64,000 nucleotides of DNA from an uncultured Acidobacteriota bacterium (GTDB taxonomy: Bacteria > Acidobacteriota > Polarisedimenticolia > J045), in contig CAVPCQ010000036.1 in assembly GCA_963702425.1 (NCBI GenBank), positions 1 to 64,000 on the forward strand, given 5' to 3'. The notes under the pieces are model-generated. The model was not told where the DNA came from. It searched no databases and saw only the letters and a program-made list of their open reading frames with translations. Made by a program: the position numbers and the translations under genes. Below are positions 9,413 through 20,422 of the stretch, one piece after another. The first letter of the stretch is position 1, and every line of letters starts with the position of its first letter.

Positions 9413-9649
9413 ATGCCGACCGTTCTCCGCTGCGGTCCCTACCGCATGTACTTCTGGAGCAACGAGGGCCACGAACCTGCGCACGTCCACGTTGAGCGCG
9501 GCGAGGCGAGGGCCAAGTTCTGGCTGGGGCCACCGGGACTCGCCCAGAGCAGGGGATTCTCCGGTCCGGAACTCACGCGTATCATGCGGCTGATCGCCGG
9601 GAATGCGGCGGATCTCCAGCGAGCCTGGGATGAGCATTTCGGAGCCTGA
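9413..9649 (+). CDS. DUF4160-family toxin
   Basis: MPTVLRCGPYRMYFWSNEGHEPAHVHVERG...AKFWL...AWDEHFG. Confidence 0.85.
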   Translation: MPTVLRCGPYRMYFWSNEGHEPAHVHVERGEARAKFWLGPPGLAQSRGFSGPELTRIMRLIAGNAADLQRAWDEHFGA

Positions 9650-9926
9650 GCTGTCGCAGCGAGCCCGCACCGTCCGCGTTTCGGACGAGGCTCTGTCCGT
9701 CGAGCTGATCGACGGGCGTTGGATTTCCGTGCCGCTCGCCTGGTTCCCGCGCCTCGTTCACGGCTCCGCCGCGGAGCGGGCGAACTGGCGCCTCGCCGCG
9801 GACGGATGCGGGGTCCACTGGCCCGATCTCGACGAGGACATCAGCGTCGCGGGCCTGCTCGCCGGGCGACGCTCCGCCGAGACGGCGGAGTCGATCGCCC
9901 GGTGGCTCGAGACGCGGCGGAGCTAG
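9630..9926 (+). CDS. DUF2442-family antitoxin
   Basis: VEL.DGR.ISVPLAWFPRL...ER.NW...G.GVHWPDLDEDISVAGLL.G. Confidence 0.85.
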   Translation: MSISEPELSQRARTVRVSDEALSVELIDGRWISVPLAWFPRLVHGSAAERANWRLAADGCGVHWPDLDEDISVAGLLAGRRSAETAESIARWLETRRS

Positions 9927-9930
9927 GCGG

Positions 9931-10171
9931 TCAGCGCGGCCCCTCCGCCGGGCAGCGGTGGTTGTACGCCGCCGCCTGGTAGAACCAGGCCCCGGTCGGC
10001 GAGACGTCCCCCGTCGTGTCGATCCACTGCTTGTTGGGGGTCGCCTCGTCCATGTCGATCACGTCGCTGGCGACGAGAGGCCAGTCGTCCGGCGGGAGCG
10101 CAGGGCTGGACGACCGGTACACGTCGTAGCCGGTCACCTGGTCGGGCTGGTTGGGGTCCATGAAGTCGAGG
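9931..10171 (-). repeat. Direct repeat B copy 2: orphan 3' end of the FG-GAP surface protein gene
   Basis: About 12 mismatches in 241 bp versus 11060..11300; frame and stop codon preserved. Confidence 0.95.
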
Positions 10172-10282
10172 GGGAATCCCGCGGGCGCAACGCGTGGCCC
10201 GACTCGACCGCCCTCGTTCGGCCCCGTTTCCATACCGTGCAATCCGGGCTGCGCGGCGCAGCGCATCCGCCCACGCCTGGAG

Positions 10283-10311
10283 TTGTTCCTATGCCGGATC
10301 CGACATACACT
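10283..10311 (+). promoter_or_regulatory. Promoter/operator of the RelE-HTH module
   Basis: TTGTTC-N17-TACACT overlapping the near-perfect palindrome TATGCCGGATCCGACATA. Confidence 0.5.
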
Positions 10312-10653
10312 GCCCCTGATGATCTCGGCAACGAACGGCCACTCGTCTGGTTGGCCGGAGCGATCCGAACGCCCCCCTTCTCCCGGGCAGGCCGCCTGCT
10401 GGCCGGCTACCTGCTCCGGCGACTGCAGCGAGGAGACCGCTTGGCAATGCCCTTCTCGCGGCCGATGCCCGTGCTCGGCCGACGCTGCCACGAACTGCGG
10501 GTCAGGGACGGCGACCGGAACTGGCGGATCTGCTAACGGACGGACCCGGACGCGGTCGTGATCCTGGCGGTGTTCCCTGAGTCGTCGCGCGAGACCCCGC
10601 CGGACGTCATCGAGGCCTGCCACCGGCGCCTGCGGGAGTACGACGATGCGTGA
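10291..10653 (+). pseudogene. RelE/ParE (Gp49-like) toxin with in-frame TAA at 10534
   Basis: PLVWL...TPPFS...GYLLRRLQRG..L.MP.SRPMP..G.RCHELRV.D...WRIC*RTD.DAVVILAVF. Confidence 0.8.
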
Positions 10654-10960
10654 GCGGAAAGCGGCACGTCTCCGTGAACTCGGCTGGCGGGCGGGAAGCG
10701 CAGCGGACTTCCTCGGTCTGTCAGCGGAGGAAGCCGCCTATGTGGAAGTGAAGCTGAGCCTTGCAGAAGGCCTTCGTCGCCGGCGCGCCGAGCACGAGCT
10801 GACTCAGACCGCGCTGGCCGAGGCCGTCGGCTCCAGCCAGTCACGCGTCGCCAAGATGGAACGGGCCGATGCGACGGTCTCCCTGGACCTGCTGATCCGC
10901 GCCCTGCTGGCCCTCGGGGCGACGCGCCGGGAGCTGGCGCGGATGATCGAGGGGAAGTAG
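10646..10960 (+). CDS. XRE-family HTH antitoxin
   Basis: GW..GSAADFLGLS.EE...LTQ..LA...GSSQSRVAKME..D.TVSLDLLIRALL.LG. Confidence 0.85.
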   Translation: MRERKAARLRELGWRAGSAADFLGLSAEEAAYVEVKLSLAEGLRRRRAEHELTQTALAEAVGSSQSRVAKMERADATVSLDLLIRALLALGATRRELARMIEGK

Positions 10961-11059
10961 CGCCGACCGAGGGGGCCGCCTGTCCGGGTGTCACTGCGCG
11001 CGGCGCGCCCCGGCGACTCGCCCCGGACGCGCCGCGCCACCCCGTCGCGAGCCAGGCCC

Positions 11060-11300
11060 TCAGCGCGGCCCCTCCGCCGGGCAGCGGTGGTTGTACGCCG
11101 CCACCTGGTAGAACCAGGCCCCGGTCGGCGAGACATCCCCCGTCGTGTCGATCCACTGCTTGTTGGGGGTCGCCTCGTCCATGTCGATCACGTCGCTGGC
11201 GACGAGGGGCCAGTCGCCCGGCGGGAGCGCGGGGCTGGACGACCGATACACGTTGTAACCGGTCACCTGGCCCGGCTGGTTGGGATCCATGAAGTGGAGG
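11060..11300 (-). repeat. Direct repeat B copy 1 (3' end of the FG-GAP gene)
   Basis: Matches 9931..10171. Confidence 0.95.
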
Positions 11301-14300
11301 ATCGGGTAGGCGTTGCCGTCGGCGGTCAGCGTGACCGCGGAGATGTAGACCGTCTCGTCCGGCGCGACGCAGGGGACGCTGGGGACCATCCCGGCATCCC
11401 ACATCGTCGCGTCCTGCGCACCCGAGAGCGCGAACGCGGCGGTGTCCCCGGAGAGCGGGTCGGCGTCGCTGTCCTTGCCGTCGTCGGGCCCCTGGTCGCG
11501 GGGGGCGATCACGTAGCCCGGGGGCGGGATGAAGCGCAGCCGATAGAGTGGGCCGCCGCTCACGTTCTGGAAGCTGTACTGGCCGCTGGCGTTGGTGAAG
11601 GTCACGTCCAGGAAGGCGCCGCTGGCGCCGTCGAAGAGGTAGACCAGCGCCGAGACGACGCCGGGCTCGCCGGCGTCCTGCAGGCCGTCCCCGTCGAGGT
11701 CCTGCCAGACCCGGTTGCCGAGCGCCGCGCGGACGGCGGTCGTCGTCTCCTGGGCAGCGTTGTCCGAGGGGTCCGGGTCGATGAAGCCGGTCCGGAGCAG
11801 GGCCGCGTTGGTGAAGGTCCCGGGCGCGTTCGGGGTGACGACGATCTGCACGGTCGCGCTGCCGCCCTGCGGCAGGACGCCGAGGTTGCAGGTCACCACA
11901 CCCGCGGCCTGCGAGCAGTTGCCCTGGCTGGGTGTCGCCGAGACGAACGTGACGCCGCCGGGGAGCGTGTCGTCCACCGAAACGCTCGCCTGGGCGGGTC
12001 CGGCGTTCCCGATCGACAGGGTGTAGGTGATGCCGGCGGTGTCGAAGTTGATCACGTATGGGTCGGGGGTATCGACCATCGAGAGCGACAGCGACGCCGA
12101 GCGCGGCAGCGCCAGGTCCGCCTCCTGCGGGCCGTTCCACGAGCCGGAGATCCAGCGGCTGCGCGGTTGGAACGGCGTCGTCGCCGGGTCGTAGAGCAGG
12201 CGCATCCGCCAGTGGTAGGCCTGGCTCTCGACGAGGCCGCTCACCAGTTCGTCGAAGGAGGCCGGAGTAGCGCCAACCGGTTCCCAAGTCGAACTCCCGC
12301 CTAGTTCGAGCCCGTCGAAGAGCGTGCCGGCCGGCTCGACCTCCCACTGGAGGCGCACGCGGCCCGCTCCGAACGGCGTCCGGCCGAGCATCGCCAGCCG
12401 GAAGCCGGTCTTGCTGTCGGACCATCCGAGCGGGGCGATCGGCGCGCTGTCGTCGGCGCGGCGCTGCTGCGGGGTGAGCGAGGGGCCGGCGCTGCCGTTG
12501 CCGTAGTAGAGGAAGGCGCGGCCGGCGTCTCCTTGATAGTAGTTGTAGTAGGGCGACCCAACAATGAGATCAGCGTATCCGTCGGCATTGACGTCCCCGG
12601 CGCCTGCCACGGAGTAGCCGTACTGCGCGCTGCACTGTTCGGGGCGACCGACCCATGATGCGGATGTGGGCAGCCCGGAAGCGGATCCAAGGTAGACGAA
12701 TGCGGCCCCGTCGTCGCCGCAGTACTGGTCATACTGGTTGGCACCGATGATGACGTCGCCGTATCCGTCGCCATTCACGTCCCCAGCACTCGCAACGGAG
12801 GTTCCAAACCACGCGTAGCACTGCCCCGGCGAAGTGCTCCAGACGCTAGCGGTGCTGGTGCCGGTCGGGCCTCCCAGGTAGAGATCTGCCCGCCCCGAAT
12901 AGCTGCAGGTGTAGTGAGCATCGGGCGACCCGATGATAACGTCGCTGAAGCTATCCCCGTTGACATCTCCCGCCGATGCCACTGATTGACCGAAGTGCTG
13001 AGAGGATTGTGTGCCGTCTACGATCCAGTTAGCGCTGCTACTGAGCCCGGCTGCTGAGCCGAGGAAGACATACGCCCGTCCCTGATCGCTGGTGAAGTAG
13101 TCGAAGTAGGGAGCGCCGATGAGAACATCGCTGTACCCGTCCGCGTTGACATCGCCGGCCGAAGCAACGGACCATCCGAAGTACGAGTAGTCCTGATTGC
13201 TGTCCGCCCACCACGACGGAGTTGCGGACGGTCCCGCTGCGGAACCGTAATAGACGAACGCCCGGCCCTCGCGGTAGTGAGAATCGTAGTAGTGGCGGGC
13301 GCCGACGATGATGTCCGCGTACCCGTCGCCATTCACATCCCCCGCTGACGCGACGGAGTACCCGAAGAAGGCAGCGGGTTGATTCGGTTCCGCAGTCCAG
13401 GTGGGAACTGCGCTGAGACCCTCTGGCGAGCCAAGGAACACGAACGCTCGGCCTTCTTCGGACTCGTTATTGTCGCATTCATAGGCGCCGACGATCACAT
13501 CGCCATATCCATCGCCGTTGACGTCGCCTGCGCCCGCCACGGAGTAGCCGAAGTAGGCTGAGTTCTGGTTCCCTTCTGCGAACCACGCGGGAGACGTTGC
13601 CAACCCCATCTGCGACCCGAGGTACGCGTACACGATCCCCTCGTCGTAATTTCCATTGTCGAACAGGTGTACGCGGAGACGAGCACATCCCCATACCCGT
13701 CCCCATTCACATCCCCCGCCCCGGCAACGGACCACCCCAGCAGCATCGACCCCTGCGACCCATCCACCGTCCACCCCGCCGTCGTCGCCGGCCCGGCCGA
13801 CGACCCGAGGTACACGTACGCCCGTCCCTCATCCGTCTCCGGATCGTCGTAGCGCGGTGCCCCGACCACGAGGTCGGCGAACCCGTCGCCGTTCACATCT
13901 CCGGCGGTCGCGACCGCCGCCCCGTACTCCGCCGCGGCCTGGTTGCTCTCGGCCCGCCAGTCGGCGTTGACCGGCGTCCCGCTCGGCCGCGCCCCGCCGC
14001 GGTTCAGTCCCTGCGCCGACCCGAACCACGCGAACGCCGCCCCTTCGGCCGCCTCACCGTTCCCGAACGTCGAAGCGCCCACGACCACGTCAGCGTACCC
14101 GTCGCCGTTCACGTCCCCCGCCGTCGCCGCCGCGATCCCGAACGCCGCCGAGGCCTGGTCCGACTCGGCCCTCCAGTCGGCGTTGGCCGGCGTCCCCGAC
14201 GGCCGCGCGCCGCCCGCGTCGAGCCCGCTCGCTCCGCCGTGGAAGACGAAGATCGACCCCTCGTCGACGTGGTCGCGGTCGTAGAGGTCCGCACCGACGA

Positions 14301-15978
14301 TCACGTCGGCGTAGCCGTCGCCGTTGACGTCGCCGGCCGTCGACACGGCCGACCCGAACCCGGCCACCGACTGCTCGCCGCGCGCCGTCCAGTCGGCGCT
14401 CGCACCCGGCCCCGAGGCCGAGCCGTGGAAGACGAACACCTTCCCTTCCGCCACCTCCGTCTCGGTGTACTCGCTCGCGCCGACGATCACGTCGGCGTAG
14501 CCGTCCGCGTTGACGTCGCCCGCGGTCGCCACCGCGCCGCCGAACGCCGCCGAGTCCTGGTTCCCCTGCGCGGTCCAGGCCGGCGTCGCAGACAGTCCGC
14601 TCGCCGAGCCGAGGAACACCGACGCCGACCCCTCGTCGACCTCGCCGTCGCCGAAACGCGGCGCGCCGACGATCAGGTCGGAGTAACCGTCGCCGTTCGC
14701 GTCTCCGGCCGTCGCCACCGCCGCCCCGAACCACGCGCTCGACTGTGCCCCCAGCGCGGTCCAGTCGGCATTGACCGGCGTCCCCGAGGGTCGCGTCCCG
14801 GATCGGTCGAGCCCCGTCGCCGACCCGAGGAAGACGAACGCCGCCCCCTGATCGGTCTTTCCGGCGTCGAACTGCCGCGCGCCGACGACCAGGTCGGAGT
14901 AACCGTCACCGTTCACATCGCCGGCCGTCGCCACCGCGACGCCGAAGAGCGCCACCGCCTGGTCGGCCTCGGCCGTCCACGCCGCGCTCGCCGACAGCCC
15001 GCCGGCCGAGCCGTGGTGGACGAAGACCCGCCCCTCGTCGGTCTGCCCGCCGTCGAACCGGTGCGCGGCGACGGCCACGTCCGAGAACCCGTCCCCGTTG
15101 ACGTCGCCGGCGGTGGCGACCGCCCAGCCCAGGTTGGCCAGCACCTGGTTCCCCTCCGCGGTCCACGAGGGGCTGGTGAGCAGCGGATCGATCGTCAGCG
15201 GGTAGACCGCATCGCTGTCCTCCACCACGATCGCCAGCCCCGGACCGGAGTCCGCAGGATGCCCTTCCGCCCGCCCCTCCAGCCGCGCCGCGATCTCCCG
15301 CCCCGTCGCGTCCGTCACGCGCAGCCCGCCGTAGCGCAGCACCCGCACCCCGCCGCGTACGAAATCGACCACCGACCCGTCCGCCGCGAACGACGGCACC
15401 GTGTCGCCGCGCAGGGCCAGCGTCAGCACCAGCGAACCCTGCTCACCCGCGGCCGGCCGCGCCGCGATCGTGAACCCCTGCTCCAGCCCCTTCGGGTCGT
15501 TGACGTACCACTCGACGACCGCTCCGCGGCGGTACTCCACCCGGTTCCCGTCGACCACGAGCTGCGCCGGCGCGGCCGCAACAACGTCGGCCCCCGCGCG
15601 CCCCAGGCCGACGAGCGCGATCCCCCACTCCCACCCCGACTCGTCCTCGCTGCGCGGCACCACCCTCACCCCCGAGGCCGCGAAGGAGGAGCGGAAGCCG
15701 TTCGCACGGTTGGGCGCCTGGTAGGCAGCCTCCCCGCTCGTCTCCGACGATGTCCCTTCGTCCCGCGTGACCGCGTACTCCGACGCCGCGATCGAGCGCG
15801 AGACCTCGCTCCACCATTCCGGGCTGTCCGCCGCGGCCGGCGGCAGCGGCGAGACCTCAGGTGGGACGGGTTCCGCGGCCGTGGCCGCTGCCACCGCACC
15901 GCTCGCCGCACCGACCAGGACAAGAACCAACGCCAGGACGCCCCACAGACCCCGACCGCGAAGCAGAGAACCCCTCAT
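11060..15978 (-). CDS. Large secreted integrin-alpha-like protein: 14 FG-GAP repeats, DUF11-like and SdrD-B-like domains, C-terminal domain; apparent frameshift near 13670
   Basis: Signal peptide; 14 x FG..VA.AGDVNGDG..D..VGA across ORFs 13495..16152 and 11060..13774; ITYTL.I.NAGP...DPDPSDN; LGNRVW.D.DGDGLQDAGEPG. Confidence 0.85.
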
Positions 15979-16356
15979 GTCTTGACCCCCAGTGGACTTT
16001 GCGCGTGCGTCACCGAACCCAAGCTGCAATCGTCGCGCTGCGACCGGCGCAACCGGCCCGCTTCCGGGAGTGCGGTCCTCCATGACGAGTCCGCGTCGAC
16101 GCGGACGCACCCCACCGATCCGTCGCGCAGCGCAGCACGAGACTAGCGGCACAGCTCGGACATTACGGAACGACCGAGGCGTCTAATTCGATTCGTCCGG
16201 CGTCCGCCACCGTGTGCGCCGCGGTGACCGATGCGTACAACGCCTCCCCTGCGGGCGCCCGCTTTCGCTTGCAACAGTCCACCGATCGGCGTACTAACTC
16301 GTCGGGAACGTCCGGTCCCGATCCCGCAGCGCCCTCATGCGGTAGAAAGGAGAACC

Positions 16357-17971
16357 ATGCGGGATCGCGGTGTGCCGTCGATCGTGACCGCGGGGCGACC
16401 GGTTTCCGTCGCCTCGCTGATCCTGGCGCTGACCGTCCTTTGTGCGCCAGGCACGACCCACGCCGGCGTCATCCCCTCCTTCGAACCCGGGATCTCCCGC
16501 GACGACGAGCCGGTCGTGCTCACCGGCAGCAGCCTGGCCACCCTGCTCGGCACCCCGGTCGACCAGCTTGCGGTCTTCCGCTACGACCCGCCGACCGGGA
16601 CGTTCGTGCCGATCCCCTTCCAGGTCGACGAGCGGCTCGACGTCACATTCGATGTCGGGAGGCAGACCGAATTCATCGAGGAGGACATGTACGACGTGCT
16701 CCACCTCGACGACGGCCTGCTCGACGACCAGGACGAGGTCGCCTTCATGTTCAGCGACGGCGGCCCGCAGGCGCCGGCGGGCGCGACGTGGCCCACCGGG
16801 ACCGGCAATCTGCGCTACGAGACGACGGTCCGCGACGATCGCGACCCGGCGCACCCGGTGACCCGCTGGGCCTACCTCTTCGCCGGCTCCGCCCTGCAGC
16901 GCTCCCCGACCAGCTACGTCTCGTGGGGCGGCAGCGCCTCCAGCTCGATCGTCACGTCCGAGTTCTCGCTCGACTACACCGACCGCTGGCTGCTGACCGG
17001 GTACCGCGTCGCGTCGCCGTGCGGCAGCGGCGCCGACCTGATCGACCGGTTCAAGGTCCGCTCGCGGCCGTTCGGCCTCCCCAGCGTCGACGAGGAGGTC
17101 GTGAACCTCAACTCCCAGTACCTCGGCGGGCTGATCGGCCCGATCCGCGCGCTGCGCTACGTGCGGGGCGCCAAGAGCGGCACGAACACGATCCACTTCG
17201 ACCGCGTCTCGCGCGGGCGCTGGACCCGGATCGTCCACCTGCGGGTGCACCCGCTCCAGCAGTTCGACATCTACTTCGACTGGCTCCCGCGGCCGAACGC
17301 GCTGTTCTACCGCGAGGGGTTGGCCGGCCCGGTTCCGATCGACGGCGTGCCGGACGCCGGGGTGAACTCCAGCTTCGCGGCGTGGAACCTCGTGCGCGGC
17401 CCGGGCGGGGGGATGTTCGTCGCCTACGATTTCCCGCCGTCGCCGCTCTACGGGGAAAGGCGGCTCTACTACCGCGACGACGCGTCCTACAACGACGCAC
17501 CGGGGGGGGCCGGCACCTACCCCGACGACGACGACTCGGCCTACGGCACGCACGGCCTCTCCGTCCTGAACGTGCTGGACTCCAACTTCGACCCCGTGAC
17601 CTTCTCCTTCCGCGTCGAGCCGCTCTGCTCGAGCGAGGGGAGCGTCGACCTGGCGCTCAAGCACTTCGAGCTGGTGACGGATCCGCTCGAAATCGAGACC
17701 ACGCCGCAGAGCCCGGCGCTGGGGGCCGTGCGCGGGCTCGTCGTGCAGCGGGACGGGATCGACGTCGTCGTGAGTTGGCCCGCGGCCTCCGGCGCCGCGG
17801 CGTACCACCTGTACAGCACCCGCTCGCTCAGCCCTCCCTTCGGCTCGTGGACGCTCGAGGAAGATCTCACGGCAACCACCTAGTCGCGACGAAGGGGAAG
17901 CCGGGAGGACCGGCGCGAAGGCCTACTCGGTCGTTCCCGTGGCACCCGACGGCACCGAGGGGATCTGGTAG
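16357..17971 (+). CDS. Secreted hypothetical protein; a probable 1-nt insertion at ~17883 gives a premature stop
   Basis: AAGGAG RBS and signal-like N-terminus; removing one base extends it with YRDEGEAGRTGAKAYSVVPVAPDGTEGIW*. Confidence 0.7.
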
Positions 17972-17979
17972 CTACGGGG

Positions 17980-18816
17980 CTACGGGAAGGTGATCAGCCC
18001 CAGGTACCAGCGCACGACCGGCTCCCCGTATAGCGCGAAGAGTGCCGCCGCCGGCGCCAGGAAGCAGCCGAACGGCAGCTCGCGCGTCATCGTCCAGCGT
18101 CCCCCCAGCAGAAACGGCAGCGCGACCAGCGTCCCCACCAGCGAGCCGCCGAAGATCGTCACCACCACCCCCGGGATCCCCAGGTAGGCCCCGACGGCCG
18201 CCATCAGCTTGAGGTCGCCGCCGCCGAGCGCCTCGCGCCGGAAGAGCGTCTGCCAGAGCCAGCCGACCAGGAACAGCGCCCCGAACCCGGCCAGCGCCCC
18301 GGCCAGCGCGGTCGCGAGGCGCGGCCCCGCCGTCCCCGGCCCGAGCGCGATCCGCGCCAGGTCCAGCCGCCCGTTCCACGGCGCCGAGACCAGCCCCAGC
18401 ACCACCAGGGGCAGCGTGATCCGGTCGGGCAGCAGCTTGTGGTCCCAGTCGGTGAAGAAGAGCGCCAGCATCGCCGACAGGAACGGCAGCAGCACCAGCG
18501 TCTCGACGGTGATCCCGTAGCGCCACCCGGCGGCCAGCCAGAGCGCCGCGTTCCCGGCCTCGACCAGCGGATAGCGGGCCGCGATCGGCGCGCGGCAGGC
18601 CGCGCACTTCCCGCCCAGCGCGAGCCACGAGAGGACCGGGATGTTGTGGTACCAGGCGATCGGCGCGCCGCAGGCCGGGCAGGCCGAGCGCGGCCGCACG
18701 ACCGAGCGCCGCAACGGCACGCGGTAGATCACCACGTTGAGGAACGAGCCGACCAGCAGTCCGACGAGGCCGAGCAGCACGAACCCCTCGATCCGCAGCA
18801 CTTGGGCCGGGGTCAC
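17980..18816 (-). CDS. pilD: Prepilin peptidase
   Basis: GSFLNVVIYRVP, RSACPAC, NIPVLSWL, CAAC, RYPLVE, GGGDLKL, LPFG.FL. Confidence 0.95.
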   Translation of the reverse strand: MTPAQVLRIEGFVLLGLVGLLVGSFLNVVIYRVPLRRSVVRPRSACPACGAPIAWYHNIPVLSWLALGGKCAACRAPIAARYPLVEAGNAALWLAAGWRYGITVETLVLLPFLSAMLALFFTDWDHKLLPDRITLPLVVLGLVSAPWNGRLDLARIALGPGTAGPRLATALAGALAGFGALFLVGWLWQTLFRREALGGGDLKLMAAVGAYLGIPGVVVTIFGGSLVGTLVALPFLLGGRWTMTRELPFGCFLAPAAALFALYGEPVVRWYLGLITFP

Positions 18817-19661
18817 GGCTGCCTCTGGAAGCTCTGCCCCGGCGCCGGCAGCACGGTGCAGGTCGCCCGGTCGAGGTGGAACGGGGTTCCCGCCGCGTCG
18901 ACCGGCAGCTCCGCCAGGAGGCCGGCCTGGACCAGCGCGTCGAGCGCCGGTGGGCAGCCGCCGCGCTGCGCGCGCCAGGCCTCGACCGCCTGGCCGGCGC
19001 GCTGCAGCTCGAACTGCACGCGCGTCCTCTCGTACCACTGCGCGACGACCTTGCGCGTGCTCTCGTCGGTGGTCTGGTCGAGGATCGCGCGGTATTCGGC
19101 CAGCGCCGCTGCGACGTCCCCTTCCTTCTCCAGCATCCGGGCCGCCAGGCGCATCAACTGCGGCGGCGCTTGCGGCATCTTCGAAGCCCGCGCCCAGTAG
19201 TCGCGCGCGCAGCCGTAGTTCCTGATCCCATAGCACTCCCAGCCGGCCCAGTAGGCCAGCTCCCAGTTGTCCGGGTTCAGCGAAAGCCCCTTGTCGAACA
19301 GGCGGAGCGCACGCTGCGGGTCCCTGGCCTCCATCGACATGATCATCGAACCGACCAGGTAGGGCTCGACGTAGCGCGGGTCCAGCTCGGTGATCGCACC
19401 GTTGAAGACCTGCTCGAGGTAGTCGTAGCGCGTCGCGTCTTCGTAGTTGGAGTAGTACTGGATCGACCAGATGTAGAGCAGGTCGGCCAGCGTCTCCTCC
19501 TGCCCCAGCGCCAGGGCCCGCAGGAACGGCCCCTTCGGCAGGTAGAGCAGCGAGGGGGGGACGCGCTCCCCTCCGGCGGCCTCGAGCCGTGCGCGGGCGC
19601 CGAGCACGACGCCGGCCAGGACGACGCACAGCGCGACGATCGCGAGCGTGCGCCGGATCAC
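18813..19661 (-). CDS. TPR-like membrane-anchored protein (possibly PilG-like)
   Basis: N-terminal TM; [18 protein letters not shown] motifs; adjacent to the ABC genes and pilD. Confidence 0.65.
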   Translation of the reverse strand: MIRRTLAIVALCVVLAGVVLGARARLEAAGGERVPPSLLYLPKGPFLRALALGQEETLADLLYIWSIQYYSNYEDATRYDYLEQVFNGAITELDPRYVEPYLVGSMIMSMEARDPQRALRLFDKGLSLNPDNWELAYWAGWECYGIRNYGCARDYWARASKMPQAPPQLMRLAARMLEKEGDVAAALAEYRAILDQTTDESTRKVVAQWYERTRVQFELQRAGQAVEAWRAQRGGCPPALDALVQAGLLAELPVDAAGTPFHLDRATCTVLPAPGQSFQRQP

Positions 19662-20422
19662 ACCAGGTCCCGCCGCCGGAAGGCGAGGCAGGCGACGACC
19701 AGCAGCAGCGCGGCGTACCCCAGCTCGTAGACCGTGGCGGTCGCGACGCGGTCCCACGGAATTGGCACCCCGTGGACCGCCAGCGCCCGCACGTCGCCGT
19801 ACTCCAGGTCGGGCAGCGCGAAGTAGACCGCCCCGACCAGCGCGCGGAACGCCCCCGCCGGCAGCCGCTCCTGCAGGAGCGGCAGGGCCCAGGCGAGGTG
19901 CCCGACGAGATAGACGGCCGCGGTGAACAGCGCGGCGAAGATCGGCGTCGAGAAAGACGAGAAGAAGACCGCCGCGGCGGTGATGAACATCAGCTCGACC
20001 CAGAGCATGAAGACCGCAACCAGCAGCGAGGCCGTGAACTCCCCGCGCAGCGCGACCAGCCCCAGCAGCGCCGCGGCCATCACGGCGACCATGATCGTGA
20101 TCGCCGCCGCCAGGCCGAGGTACTTCCCCAGCAGGTACTCCCAGCGCGCGATCGGCGTCGAGAGGGTCACCTGCACCGTCCGCCGCTCCATCTCGCGGAA
20201 GATGATCCCGACCCCGACGAACAGCGCGATCAGCAGACCGAAGACGTTGATCGCCGACAGCCCGACGTCCTTGATGATCTTCCCCCCCTCGCCGACGGTC
20301 AGCAGCGAGAGGGTCCGCGACAGCGCGATCAGCGCCAGCGCGAAGATCAGCAGCAGGTAGAGGATCCGGTGGCGGATCGCCTCCGCCAGGGTGGCCTGCG
20401 CGACGGCCAGCAGGCGCCTCAT
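19658..20422 (-). CDS. ABC transporter permease (PilI-like)
   Basis: Multiple TMs; REMERRT...LSTPI.R.EYLLGKY.G. Confidence 0.85.
   Translation of the reverse strand: MRRLLAVAQATLAEAIRHRILYLLLIFALALIALSRTLSLLTVGEGGKIIKDVGLSAINVFGLLIALFVGVGIIFREMERRTVQVTLSTPIARWEYLLGKYLGLAAAITIMVAVMAAALLGLVALRGEFTASLLVAVFMLWVELMFITAAAVFFSSFSTPIFAALFTAAVYLVGHLAWALPLLQERLPAGAFRALVGAVYFALPDLEYGDVRALAVHGVPIPWDRVATATVYELGYAALLLVVACLAFRRRDLV

Noticed and set aside
2335-10960. Integron cassette array
   Set aside because: No integron integrase, no recognisable attC (RYYYAAC...GTTRRRY) sites, and genes lie in both orientations.
9931-11300. DGR template/variable repeat pair at the C-terminus of the surface protein
   Set aside because: The ~12 mismatches are mixed transitions and transversions, not adenine-specific on either strand, and there is no reverse transcriptase in the window.
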